Shown here in pieces: positions 9,745 through 17,008 of a stretch of 63,032 nt of DNA. The notes under the pieces are model-generated. The model was not told the DNA's origin and did no database searches. It worked only from the letters and a program-made list of their open reading frames with translations. A program made the translations under genes and the position numbers. Origin of the DNA: Candidatus Gastranaerophilales bacterium (GTDB lineage Bacteria > Cyanobacteriota > Vampirovibrionia > Gastranaerophilales > Gastranaerophilaceae); assembly GCA_944324055.1 (NCBI GenBank), contig CALUUV010000001.1:1-63032 (forward strand). Reading direction: 5' to 3'. Position 1 is the first letter of the stretch; the number at the start of each line of letters is the position of its first letter.

Positions 9745-10796
9745 TATTCTTTCACTTTAATACATTTGTATTCGCTATTATTTTCTAATTGTCTTTTGAT
9801 TTCATCAAAAGGAATAAGTCCTTCAGTTGCACCAAATTTAGCAACAACAGAACTTGATTCAACTGATGCATACATTAGAGAAGTGCTAATATCAAAATTT
9901 GTCTCTCTTAACGATGCAAAGAATGTTGACGCGAAAGCATCACCAGCTCCTAAAGTTGATATAACAGGAGATGGGAATACCGGACAGTAGAAGAAATCTT
10001 TACCGTCATAAGCATATGCACCGTATCCACCATCAGTTATTACAACAACTTGATAGTCTTTAATTTTAAGTTTTTTAAGCATCTCTCTAATATCTGGGTG
10101 GATAATTGCATCAGAATAGTGTTCAGTTTTTGTATCAGGTCGAACTTTTATTCCGCTACACATTGATGCTTCTTCTTTATTCATTACAACAACATCTGCA
10201 GTTGATAGAATTTTTTTCATGTATTCAAAGCCTTGTTTGATGCTAGTTGTACCAGCGTTAAAGCATACTTTGATATCGTTTTCTTTTGCAAAATTAACAA
10301 GCGGTTCTAATACTTTGTTAGATTCTCCGTTTAATGGTGCAATGTATAACCAATCAGCTTCTTTTAATTTATCAAAGTTTATATCTTCAAGTTTAATAAG
10401 AGCATTTGCACCACGGTTTGCAAGAACAGTTCTGTCTCCTTGAAAACTTACAAGAATAATCGAAAAACCAGTACTAATGGTATTATCTTGGATTATACAA
10501 TCAGTTTTAACAGTACTATTTTTAAAGTTTTCAAGAATCCCTTGAGAGTAAATATCATCACCAATTTTGAATATTGCTGATGTATCGAATCCTAAGTTGG
10601 CAAAATTCATGGCTGTATTAACACCGCCGCCACCAACTTTAGAAGAAAAATTCGACATATCAAGTTTCGCACCATACGGATAACTCATATAGTTTGCGCT
10701 GCTATCTTTTGAACAAACCGATAAAATATTTGCAGAATCACACTCTACAAATACATCCATTGTTGCACTACCGATTGTGAAAACTTTTTTCTTCAT
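9744..10796 (-). CDS. PfkB/ribokinase-family carbohydrate or nucleoside kinase
   Basis: N-terminal GGGGVNTA-type motif and the C-terminal anion-hole/catalytic motif TLGAGDAFASTF. 350 aa. Substrate cannot be assigned from sequence. Confidence 0.85.
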   Translation of the reverse strand: MKKKVFTIGSATMDVFVECDSANILSVCSKDSSANYMSYPYGAKLDMSNFSSKVGGGGVNTAMNFANLGFDTSAIFKIGDDIYSQGILENFKNSTVKTDCIIQDNTISTGFSIILVSFQGDRTVLANRGANALIKLEDINFDKLKEADWLYIAPLNGESNKVLEPLVNFAKENDIKVCFNAGTTSIKQGFEYMKKILSTADVVVMNKEEASMCSGIKVRPDTKTEHYSDAIIHPDIREMLKKLKIKDYQVVVITDGGYGAYAYDGKDFFYCPVFPSPVISTLGAGDAFASTFFASLRETNFDISTSLMYASVESSSVVAKFGATEGLIPFDEIKRQLENNSEYKCIKVKE

Positions 10797-10865
10797 ATAT
10801 CTCTCCCAATAAATACGCCCTCTATAAAGGGCGTTTCAAAAACCTTTTACGTGTTTATTATAACT

Positions 10866-11174
10866 CTAAGCTTCTGTAGTTGCAAATGTTGCTGCTTCTG
10901 GATAAGAAAGACCAGCACGGCATGCTGCTGTAAACATTTTGTCAGAAACTTCTGCTAATTGAGGATTTTTCAATAAACGTTGCATATCTGCTTCATGGTT
11001 ATCTACTTTAACCATTGATTTCCCTAACGCTTCTGATACAGGAGCAGACGCATCTGTTTGTTGTTTTTCTACATTTAAATTCTTTGCATTATTATTCGCA
11101 TTATTTAAAGATGTAGGTTGTGGCATCTTTATTTCTTTATTGGGATTGAATCCGTTGTTGTTAATTTCACTCAT
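10866..11174 (-). CDS. hypothetical protein, Asn-rich N-terminus
   Basis: 102-aa ORF with no recognisable motif. An AT-rich 220-nt promoter region lies upstream and a short hairpin (ACGCCCT-ctataa-AGGGCGT, 10815-10834) downstream. Confidence 0.5.
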   Translation of the reverse strand: MSEINNNGFNPNKEIKMPQPTSLNNANNNAKNLNVEKQQTDASAPVSEALGKSMVKVDNHEADMQRLLKNPQLAEVSDKMFTAACRAGLSYPEAATFATTEA

Positions 11175-11359
11175 GTTGAACCTATCTTTCTTTATTTTAT
11201 ACTTTCTTTTCTTTACTATTAATTTTCTGTCCTCTTATATAAAGCAGTAAATTAAAAAATTTTGCTAGTTTGTATACAATTTGTTACAAAATAAAACGGC
11301 TAATAAATATTATTAGTTACAAATAACTCTTTTGTCAATTAGTTAACCATTTTTATTTA

Positions 11360-11368
11360 TGTTATAAT
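11360..11368 (+). promoter_or_regulatory. extended -10 promoter element (TGtTATAAT) upstream of deoC
   Basis: An exact TGnTATAAT lies 27 nt upstream of the deoC ATG, with SD AAAGGAG between them. Confidence 0.45.
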
Positions 11369-11394
11369 TTTTACGCTAGCAAAGGAGCTTTAAT

Positions 11395-12060
11395 ATGAAC
11401 AATATTAATACATACATTGAACACACATTATTAAAACAAGACGCTAAAGAAAATGAATTAATAAAGCTTTTTGATGAAGCAAAGCAGTATAATTTTCTTG
11501 GTGTATGTGTAAATCCATGCTTTGTGTCTATGGCAAAAGAATATTTAAAAAATACAGACGTTAAGATAGTAACAGTAATAGGTTTCCCTCTAGGTGCTAA
11601 TTGTTCTGATGTTAAAGCTTATGAAACAGAAAAAGCTGTCAAAGATGGCGCAGATGAAATTGACATGGTTCTTAATGTGTCTAAATTAAAAGATAAAGAT
11701 TATGAGTATGTAAAATCTGATATTGAAGCAGTACGCAGAGCATGTCCTAATAATATTTTAAAGGTTATTTTAGAAACAGATTTATTAACTAGTGAAGAAA
11801 TAAAAAAAGCATGCAAAATTTGTATTGATGCAAAAGCAGATTTAGTTAAAACATCAACCGGTTTTGTGAAAAATGGCGTTGGTGCAAAAGTTGAAGATGT
11901 AAAGTTAATGTATGAAACAGTCTCTTCATCAGGATTAAAAGTAAAAGCTTCTGGTGGTATAAGAGATGCTGAAAAAGCTAAGGCTTTAATAGATGTAGGA
12001 GCAAGTCGTTTAGGAACTAGCTCAGGAGTAGCAATAGTAGAAGGAATGAGGAATATATAA
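11395..12060 (+). CDS. deoC: deoxyribose-phosphate aldolase
   Basis: Class I aldolase TIM-barrel motifs: IDMVLNV, Schiff-base lysine context DLVKTSTGF, and KASGGIRD. 221 aa. Confidence 0.92.
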   Translation: MNNINTYIEHTLLKQDAKENELIKLFDEAKQYNFLGVCVNPCFVSMAKEYLKNTDVKIVTVIGFPLGANCSDVKAYETEKAVKDGADEIDMVLNVSKLKDKDYEYVKSDIEAVRRACPNNILKVILETDLLTSEEIKKACKICIDAKADLVKTSTGFVKNGVGAKVEDVKLMYETVSSSGLKVKASGGIRDAEKAKALIDVGASRLGTSSGVAIVEGMRNI

Positions 12061-12061
12061 A

Positions 12062-13159
12062 ATGTTAAGAGCTGGAATTGTAGGATTACCAAACGTAGGA
12101 AAGTCAACTTTATTTAATGCTTTAACAGCATCAAAAAATGCTCAAAGTGCAAATTATCCATTTTGTACAATTGAACCAAATGTAGGTGTTGTTACAGTTC
12201 CAGATGAACGCTTAGATGTTTTGGCAAAATTATGTAAAACAGAAGAAGTTATTCCAACTGCTATTGAATTTGTTGATATTGCAGGTCTTGTTAAAGGTGC
12301 AAGTAAGGGTGAAGGTTTAGGAAACCAATTCTTGCATAATATTCGTGAAGTAGATGCAATTATTCAAGTAGTTAGATGCTTTGATGATGAAAATACTATT
12401 CACGTAGACGGAAAAGTTGATCCTATTTCAGATATTGAAGTAATTAATACAGAATTAATTCTTGCAGATTTAGCATCTATTGAAAAACGTCAAGCTAGAA
12501 TATTGAAAGTTGTAAAATCTGGCGATAAAGAAGCTGTATTAGAAGATAAGGTTCTTAAAAAAGTAACAGATTTATTATCAGAAGGTTCGTTTATAAAACC
12601 TGAGGATCATTTTGATGAAGAAGAAATGAATGTTCTTAAAAATCTTAATCTTATGTCAGTAAAACCAGTTATTTATTGTGCAAACGTATCTGAAAATGAT
12701 ATGAAAGACGGCAATAAATATACTCAACTAGTTGGAGAGTATGCAAAATCTCATGGTGCCGAAATGGTTATAATTTCTGCAAAAATAGAGGAAGAACTTG
12801 TAGAGTTAGGTCCAGAAGAAGCAAAAGAATATCTTGCAGACTTAGGCGTAGAAGATAGCGGTATTAATAAAATGATTAAGTCTGTATATTCTCTATTAAA
12901 TTTAATAACTTACATAACAGCAGGTGAAAAAGAAGTAAGAGCTTGGACTATTACAAAAGGAACAAAAGCTCCACAAGCTGCAGGTGTAATTCATACTGAT
13001 TTTGAAAAAGGTTTTATCAGGGCTGAAATTACTCCTTACAAAGATTTTAAAGAGTTAGGTTCTTATACTGCTTGTAAAGAAAAAGGGGTTACTCGTCTTG
13101 AAGGTAAAGATTATGTTATGCAAGACGGGGATTTAGCTCACTTCCGTTTTAATGTTTAG
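12062..13159 (+). CDS. ychF: redox-regulated ATPase YchF
   Basis: G1 motif GIVGLPNVGKSTLFNALT, G3 DIAGLVKGAS, a coiled-coil insert, and a C-terminal TGS-like domain (AWTI.KGTKAPQAAGVIHTDFEKGFIRAE). 365 aa. Confidence 0.95.
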   Translation: MLRAGIVGLPNVGKSTLFNALTASKNAQSANYPFCTIEPNVGVVTVPDERLDVLAKLCKTEEVIPTAIEFVDIAGLVKGASKGEGLGNQFLHNIREVDAIIQVVRCFDDENTIHVDGKVDPISDIEVINTELILADLASIEKRQARILKVVKSGDKEAVLEDKVLKKVTDLLSEGSFIKPEDHFDEEEMNVLKNLNLMSVKPVIYCANVSENDMKDGNKYTQLVGEYAKSHGAEMVIISAKIEEELVELGPEEAKEYLADLGVEDSGINKMIKSVYSLLNLITYITAGEKEVRAWTITKGTKAPQAAGVIHTDFEKGFIRAEITPYKDFKELGSYTACKEKGVTRLEGKDYVMQDGDLAHFRFNV

Positions 13160-13256
13160 TGTTAATAATATCCTACGTTTAAGGTAGGTATGTTTTGAAA
13201 AAATGCCGTATAATCTATTTGTTGATTAATACTAAAAAATCATTAAAGAATAGAAT

Positions 13257-14108
13257 ATGAAACGGGTTTTACTAACATTAATTACATTAACATTATTATC
13301 GTCATCTGTTTTTGCAAATGCAATGACTGAGGAGAAAATTTCCGATGCGATTTCTTTGTATAAAAAGGGCGATTATTCTGAATGTATAAAAAATCTTGAT
13401 ACTATAATATCTCAAGATGCTTCTTATCCTGTTGCATATTATTATTTAGGTTTGTGTTATGCAAAAACAAATAAAAGAGATTTAGCGCTAAAAAATTATG
13501 ATAAGGTAATAGCATTATCAACTGATAAATCTTTAAAAAGCATGGCTAAAGCAGCAAAAGATTGTCTTGGTACTTCTGGTTTTACTGGCATGGATGCACA
13601 ACTTTCAATTAGTAATAATTCAAAAGCAGAAAGATTCGTAACACCAGAAATAAAAAGAGAAGAACCTCCTACAGATAAAAAAGTTGTATCTCAACAACCT
13701 AAAAAAGATGAAGTAAAAAAAGATATAAAACAACCGTCTAATGCAGAAATAGGCGCTGCAATAATGACATTAAAAAAAGCTGGATTGTGGAATGGAAATA
13801 ATATGCAGCAAGCATCTCAGCAATCATCAAATGATGAAGCCAAGAAAAATCAAGAAATGATGGCCAAGATGTATATGCAACAAATGACACAACAAATGAA
13901 TAATCCAGCATATTTAATGATGGGAATGAATGGAAATAACAATGGTGCCATGGGTATGGGCGGAATGAATATGATGAACATGCTTCCTTTTATGATGAGT
14001 CAGGACGGAAAAAATAATCCTGCAGCGAATCAGCAGTTTATTCAAACAATGATGATGTCACAGATGATGCCAAATTTTGATTTTTCATCATCAAATGACA
14101 ATAACTAA
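13257..14108 (+). CDS. secreted TPR-repeat protein with Met/Asn/Gln-rich tail
   Basis: Signal peptide MKRVLLTLITLTLLSSSVFA. TPR-like helices (AISLYKKGDYSECIKNLD...AYYYLGLCYAKTNKRDLALKNYDKVIAL). A Lys-rich linker is followed by ~100 aa dominated by M, N, Q and G. Confidence 0.65.
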   Translation: MKRVLLTLITLTLLSSSVFANAMTEEKISDAISLYKKGDYSECIKNLDTIISQDASYPVAYYYLGLCYAKTNKRDLALKNYDKVIALSTDKSLKSMAKAAKDCLGTSGFTGMDAQLSISNNSKAERFVTPEIKREEPPTDKKVVSQQPKKDEVKKDIKQPSNAEIGAAIMTLKKAGLWNGNNMQQASQQSSNDEAKKNQEMMAKMYMQQMTQQMNNPAYLMMGMNGNNNGAMGMGGMNMMNMLPFMMSQDGKNNPAANQQFIQTMMMSQMMPNFDFSSSNDNN

Positions 14109-14146
14109 GTGTATAAAATTAGGAATATAGATAAAAAGGAAAGAAA

Positions 14147-14575
14147 ATGAAGATTAGTACAACACGATTTGGAGAAATTGAGGTTAATGAAGACGCAATT
14201 TTTTCATTCGTAATGCCTATGATAGGGTATGAGGATGAAGATAGGTTCGTAATAATTGACCATGGCGAAGACTCTCCATTTAAATGGATGCAATCAATGA
14301 AAACACCAGAGTTAGCATTTGTAATGACTTCTGCGATGTATTTTGATTTTGATTATGTAATTGATATACCTGATTCAGCTGTAGAAAAGTTAAAGATTGA
14401 ATCAACAGATGATATTTTAGTTTTAAATGTAGCTGCAATTCCAAATAGTAATCCACGAGGAACAAGAGTTAATTTATTAGCTCCAGTTATATTAAATACA
14501 GCTCAAAAAACTGCAGGACAGATTATTTTATCAGGTTCTGGTTATGATGTTAATTTTCCATTATTTAAAGATTAA
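14147..14575 (+). CDS. fliW: flagellar assembly factor FliW
   Basis: 142 aa that reads as FliW end to end: TTRFGEIEVNEDAIFSFVMPMIGYED...FVIID...SPFKWMQS...ELAFVMT...NLLAPVILNT...GQIIL. Directly upstream of csrA, as in other FliW-CsrA pairs. Confidence 0.88.
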   Translation: MKISTTRFGEIEVNEDAIFSFVMPMIGYEDEDRFVIIDHGEDSPFKWMQSMKTPELAFVMTSAMYFDFDYVIDIPDSAVEKLKIESTDDILVLNVAAIPNSNPRGTRVNLLAPVILNTAQKTAGQIILSGSGYDVNFPLFKD

Positions 14576-14586
14576 GGGTTTATCAA

Positions 14587-14943
14587 ATGTTAATAATTAC
14601 AAGAAAAAATGGTCAAAAAATCATGATAAATGATGATATCGAGATTACAATAGTAGAATCTCGAAATGGTTCTTGTAAAGTTGCAATACAAGCACCAAGA
14701 AGTTTTAAAATTTATCGTGAAGAAATATATGTACAAATCAAATTAGCAAACTTAATGGGGCAAGAATCTTCACCAGCATTGTTAGATCAAGCTTCAGAAT
14801 TACTTGCTAAGAAGGACGTAAAATTAAATACTCAAATAAAAACAGCGGATACTGATGAGGAAATAATTGTAAAAGATTCTCCTAAAAAAGAGCATAAGAC
14901 AAGAGTATTTGTTAAAAAGCATACGAATAATGATAAATTATAA
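14587..14943 (+). CDS. csrA: carbon storage regulator CsrA with long C-terminal extension
   Basis: The N-terminal 50 aa match the CsrA fold text (MLIITRKNGQKIMINDDIEITIVESRNGSCKVAIQAPRSFKIYREEIY). About 65 extra K/E/D-rich residues follow, for a total of 118 aa. Confidence 0.9.
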   Translation: MLIITRKNGQKIMINDDIEITIVESRNGSCKVAIQAPRSFKIYREEIYVQIKLANLMGQESSPALLDQASELLAKKDVKLNTQIKTADTDEEIIVKDSPKKEHKTRVFVKKHTNNDKL

Positions 14944-15517
14944 TATTGCTAAAAAACAATTAGAACAAGGGAAAACTGCTGATTGCAAAGATTATTTTAA
15001 GGAATTTGGCTATAACTTAGAATATGGTTATTGCCTAATTCTTGATGGGCAACTTTCAGAAGCGGAAACTGAATTACGTAAGGTTGATTCTTTGCGAGCA
15101 GATTGGGCGGTTAAATTAATCCCTTTTATGCGTGGTTATGTTGAGGTTTTACCTACATATTTTCAGATAAGAAATTTTTTAGAAATAGATATTAATTTAT
15201 TATTACAAGCAAAACAAAATGACTTTGTTGCTTATATTTTAGGTGGCGCAGACTTATTTTATTCTGTTAATTGTGAGTCATATAAATATATAGCAAGAGT
15301 TATGATGAATAATGGGTATTTTGAAACTGCAAAAACATATTTGGATAAGGGACGTGATAAAACATATAATGATCCTGAATTACATTTTATGTATTGCCAA
15401 TATTATATCCATACAAAGGAACTGGAGAAGGCTTTAAAATCAATAGAGGATTGCTTAAGAATTCTTCCAGAATATTATCCGGCAAGGCGAATAAAAGAAG
15501 CTTTGCTCATGAAATAA
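14930..15517 (+). CDS. hypothetical helical-repeat (TPR-like) protein
   Basis: The ORF is open from a TTG at 14909. The first ATG, at 14930, overlaps the csrA 3' end by 14 nt. All-helical text with TPR-like spacing (YFETAKTYLDKGRD...ELEKALKSIEDCLRILPEYYPA). Confidence 0.5.
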   Translation: MINYNIAKKQLEQGKTADCKDYFKEFGYNLEYGYCLILDGQLSEAETELRKVDSLRADWAVKLIPFMRGYVEVLPTYFQIRNFLEIDINLLLQAKQNDFVAYILGGADLFYSVNCESYKYIARVMMNNGYFETAKTYLDKGRDKTYNDPELHFMYCQYYIHTKELEKALKSIEDCLRILPEYYPARRIKEALLMK

Positions 15518-15521
15518 TTTA

Positions 15522-15530
15522 TGTTAAAAT
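15522..15530 (+). promoter_or_regulatory. extended -10 element (TGtTAAAAT) for the SRP RNA
   Basis: TGnTAAAAT ends 6 nt before the G at 15537, where the closing helix of the RNA begins. Confidence 0.5.
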
Positions 15531-15536
15531 AAAAAC

Positions 15537-15797
15537 GACCGTGCTCCACGGGGACATAGCGGACCTCTCGACCCGAACGCTTAGCGGGGTGCAGGGCCTA
15601 CTGTGAGGCTTGTAGGAGTGCTATCCAAGGGATTTGTTATTGATGATAACTTAATATATGATGGCGTAAAATGTCGAACCGTGTCAGGGTGGAAACACAG
15701 CAGCACTAAGGCAACCTTTACGGGTGTTGTATTATTAAGGGGGAGATGATAAGTCCTAAAGAAGTAGTTTTATTTGCCGATAGGTAGTGGCACGGTC
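15537..15797 (+). ncRNA. ffs: signal recognition particle RNA, long (Alu-domain-containing, Bacillus-type) form
   Basis: 5' GACCGUGC (15537-15544) pairs perfectly with 3' GCACGGUC (15790-15797), and a T run follows. The 5' text GACCGTGCTCCACGGGGACATAGCGG resembles the B. subtilis scRNA 5' Alu region as I recall it (GCCGTGCTAAGCGGGGAGGTAGCGG). The domain IV core GTGTCAGGGTGGAAACACAGCAGCACTAAGG resembles ATGTCAGGTCCGGAAGGAAGCAGCATTAAG. It lies in a 306-nt non-coding gap. Confidence 0.8.
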
Positions 15798-15823
15798 TTT
15801 TATATAAATGAGGACTTCTATTT

Positions 15824-16099
15824 ATGAGAAAAATAATTGCATTAATATTAGGGTGTTTAATTTCTGTTTATATATGTAAATACTGGCCAGCTATTGCTGC
15901 TTTATTAGGACATAAACTTGCTTATATATTAATGGTTTATGTTGTAGCAATGGGTGTTATTCATTTAGGCGGTATATCTTTAAAAATATTAGCTGCATTA
16001 TTTGTTTTAATAGAACCGATTGCTGATAAATATTGTTATTGGTATGAAAATACTAGATTTTATGAATGGCTTCATAGAAATGATGTTCATAAATATTAA
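15824..16099 (+). CDS. hypothetical small membrane protein (3 predicted TM spans)
   Basis: 91 aa, with SD-like GAGGA upstream. Hydrophobic spans IIALILGCLISVYI, LAYILMVYVVAMGVI and ILAALFVLIEPI. Confidence 0.5.
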   Translation: MRKIIALILGCLISVYICKYWPAIAALLGHKLAYILMVYVVAMGVIHLGGISLKILAALFVLIEPIADKYCYWYENTRFYEWLHRNDVHKY

Positions 16100-16182
16100 G
16101 AGTTGTAACATATTTTTTAAGCTTTGAAATTGAAAAAATAAAATAGACTTTATTTATAATGTAAAGATGAGAGGATGTTAAT

Positions 16183-16572
16183 ATGGCACTTGGATTTACT
16201 TCACATTATAAATCAGGTGAGCAAACATTTGGTAGTTTGACTCAAATGTCTTATAATAATGATGTAGAAGCAGCAGGGACTGTTGCTAGTACCCCTAGTT
16301 TAATAATTGGACAAGATTCATCATTTTTTAATAAAAATATAAATTATGATAGTTGTGAATTTTCATCACCAGTTGTAATTGATTATACTCAATATGCAAC
16401 AATTGCTGATGGAGGATCTTGTGAAACTGCAGGTTCTGTAGCATATACTGGCGGTGCAGATTTCTCAGGAGGAGTTACATCTAGTGTTGGTGCTTCATCA
16501 TTTTCTGGCGGCGCTGTATCATTCTCAGGTGGTGGCGGCGGTGGAATGAGCTGCGCATCATTTACTTGCTAA
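16183..16572 (+). CDS. hypothetical Gly/Ser-rich protein ending in GGGGGGMSCASFTC
   Basis: 129-aa ORF with SD GAGAGGATG upstream. There is no signal peptide. The C-terminal third is Gly/Ser/Ala repeats (GGADFSGGVTSSVGASSFSGGAVSFSGGGGGG) followed by a Cys-containing tail. A strong terminator follows. Confidence 0.5.
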   Translation: MALGFTSHYKSGEQTFGSLTQMSYNNDVEAAGTVASTPSLIIGQDSSFFNKNINYDSCEFSSPVVIDYTQYATIADGGSCETAGSVAYTGGADFSGGVTSSVGASSFSGGAVSFSGGGGGGMSCASFTC

Positions 16573-16597
16573 GCAATTAAATTATGGATAAGAAAAA

Positions 16598-16630
16598 GAA
16601 GCGGTTACCATATCGGTAACCGCTTCTTTT
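16598..16630. terminator. bidirectional rho-independent terminator
   Basis: 12-bp GC-rich stem GAAGCGGTTACC / GGTAACCGCTTC with a 5-nt loop. It is flanked by an A run upstream and a T run downstream, between convergent genes ending at 16572 and 16649. Confidence 0.85.
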
Positions 16631-16648
16631 ATTAATACTTATATAGTT

Positions 16649-16924
16649 TTAAACAACTTGTGATTTTTGCGCATCAAAGCATGCTTTGCATAAAACTTCA
16701 CGTCCAGGAATTGGTTTAAATGGAACTTGAGTTTTTGCTCCACATTTAGAACAAACAGCATCATACATTTTTCTTCTGTTTTTTTGTCTTCTTGCTTTTC
16801 TACAATCTGGGCATCGTTTGGGCTTATTTGTAAGACCCTTTTCTGCATAAAATTCTTGTTCACCGGCGCTGAATGTAAATTCTTTGCCACAGTCTTCACA
16901 AATAAGTGTTTCATCTTGGTACAT
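16649..16924 (-). CDS. zinc-ribbon protein (zf-trcl-like plus CxxC-x17-CxxC domain)
   Basis: 91 aa. The first part reads CEDCGKEFTFSAGEQEFYAEKGLTNKPKRCPDCRKARR. The second reads CSKCGAKTQVPFKPIPGREVLCKAC, which is CxxC, 17 residues, CxxC. This frame is preferred over the overlapping 103-aa ORF at 16639..16950. Confidence 0.8.
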   Translation of the reverse strand: MYQDETLICEDCGKEFTFSAGEQEFYAEKGLTNKPKRCPDCRKARRQKNRRKMYDAVCSKCGAKTQVPFKPIPGREVLCKACFDAQKSQVV

Positions 16925-17008
16925 ACTGTTTCTCCTAAATTTAGTGACATGAGGTACTAAAAGTACCTATAATAGCCATTATAGCTTTTTTTTAGCAAAT
17001 TGCAACTT

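Noticed and set aside
10866-11174. The 102-aa Asn-rich protein as an anti-sigma-28 factor FlgM (size and N-terminal look are similar, and fliW-csrA is nearby)
   Set aside because: The C-terminal half (…MFTAACRAGLSYPEAATFATTEA) does not resemble the conserved FlgM sigma-binding helices. No flagellar context supports the call.
11700-12107. 135-aa minus-strand ORF spanning the deoC/ychF junction
   Set aside because: It is antisense to two confidently identified genes and has no motifs.
15394-15606. 70-aa plus-strand ORF running from the TPR-like gene into the SRP RNA
   Set aside because: Its 3' part is the SRP RNA sequence and its 5' part is an alternative frame of a better-supported CDS.
16639-16950. 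103-aa minus-strand ORF overlapping the zinc-ribbon gene in another frame, and the 77-aa plus-strand ORF at 16727..16960
   Set aside because: The 16649..16924 frame gives a textbook double zinc-ribbon protein. The alternatives give unstructured Lys-rich text with no motifs.
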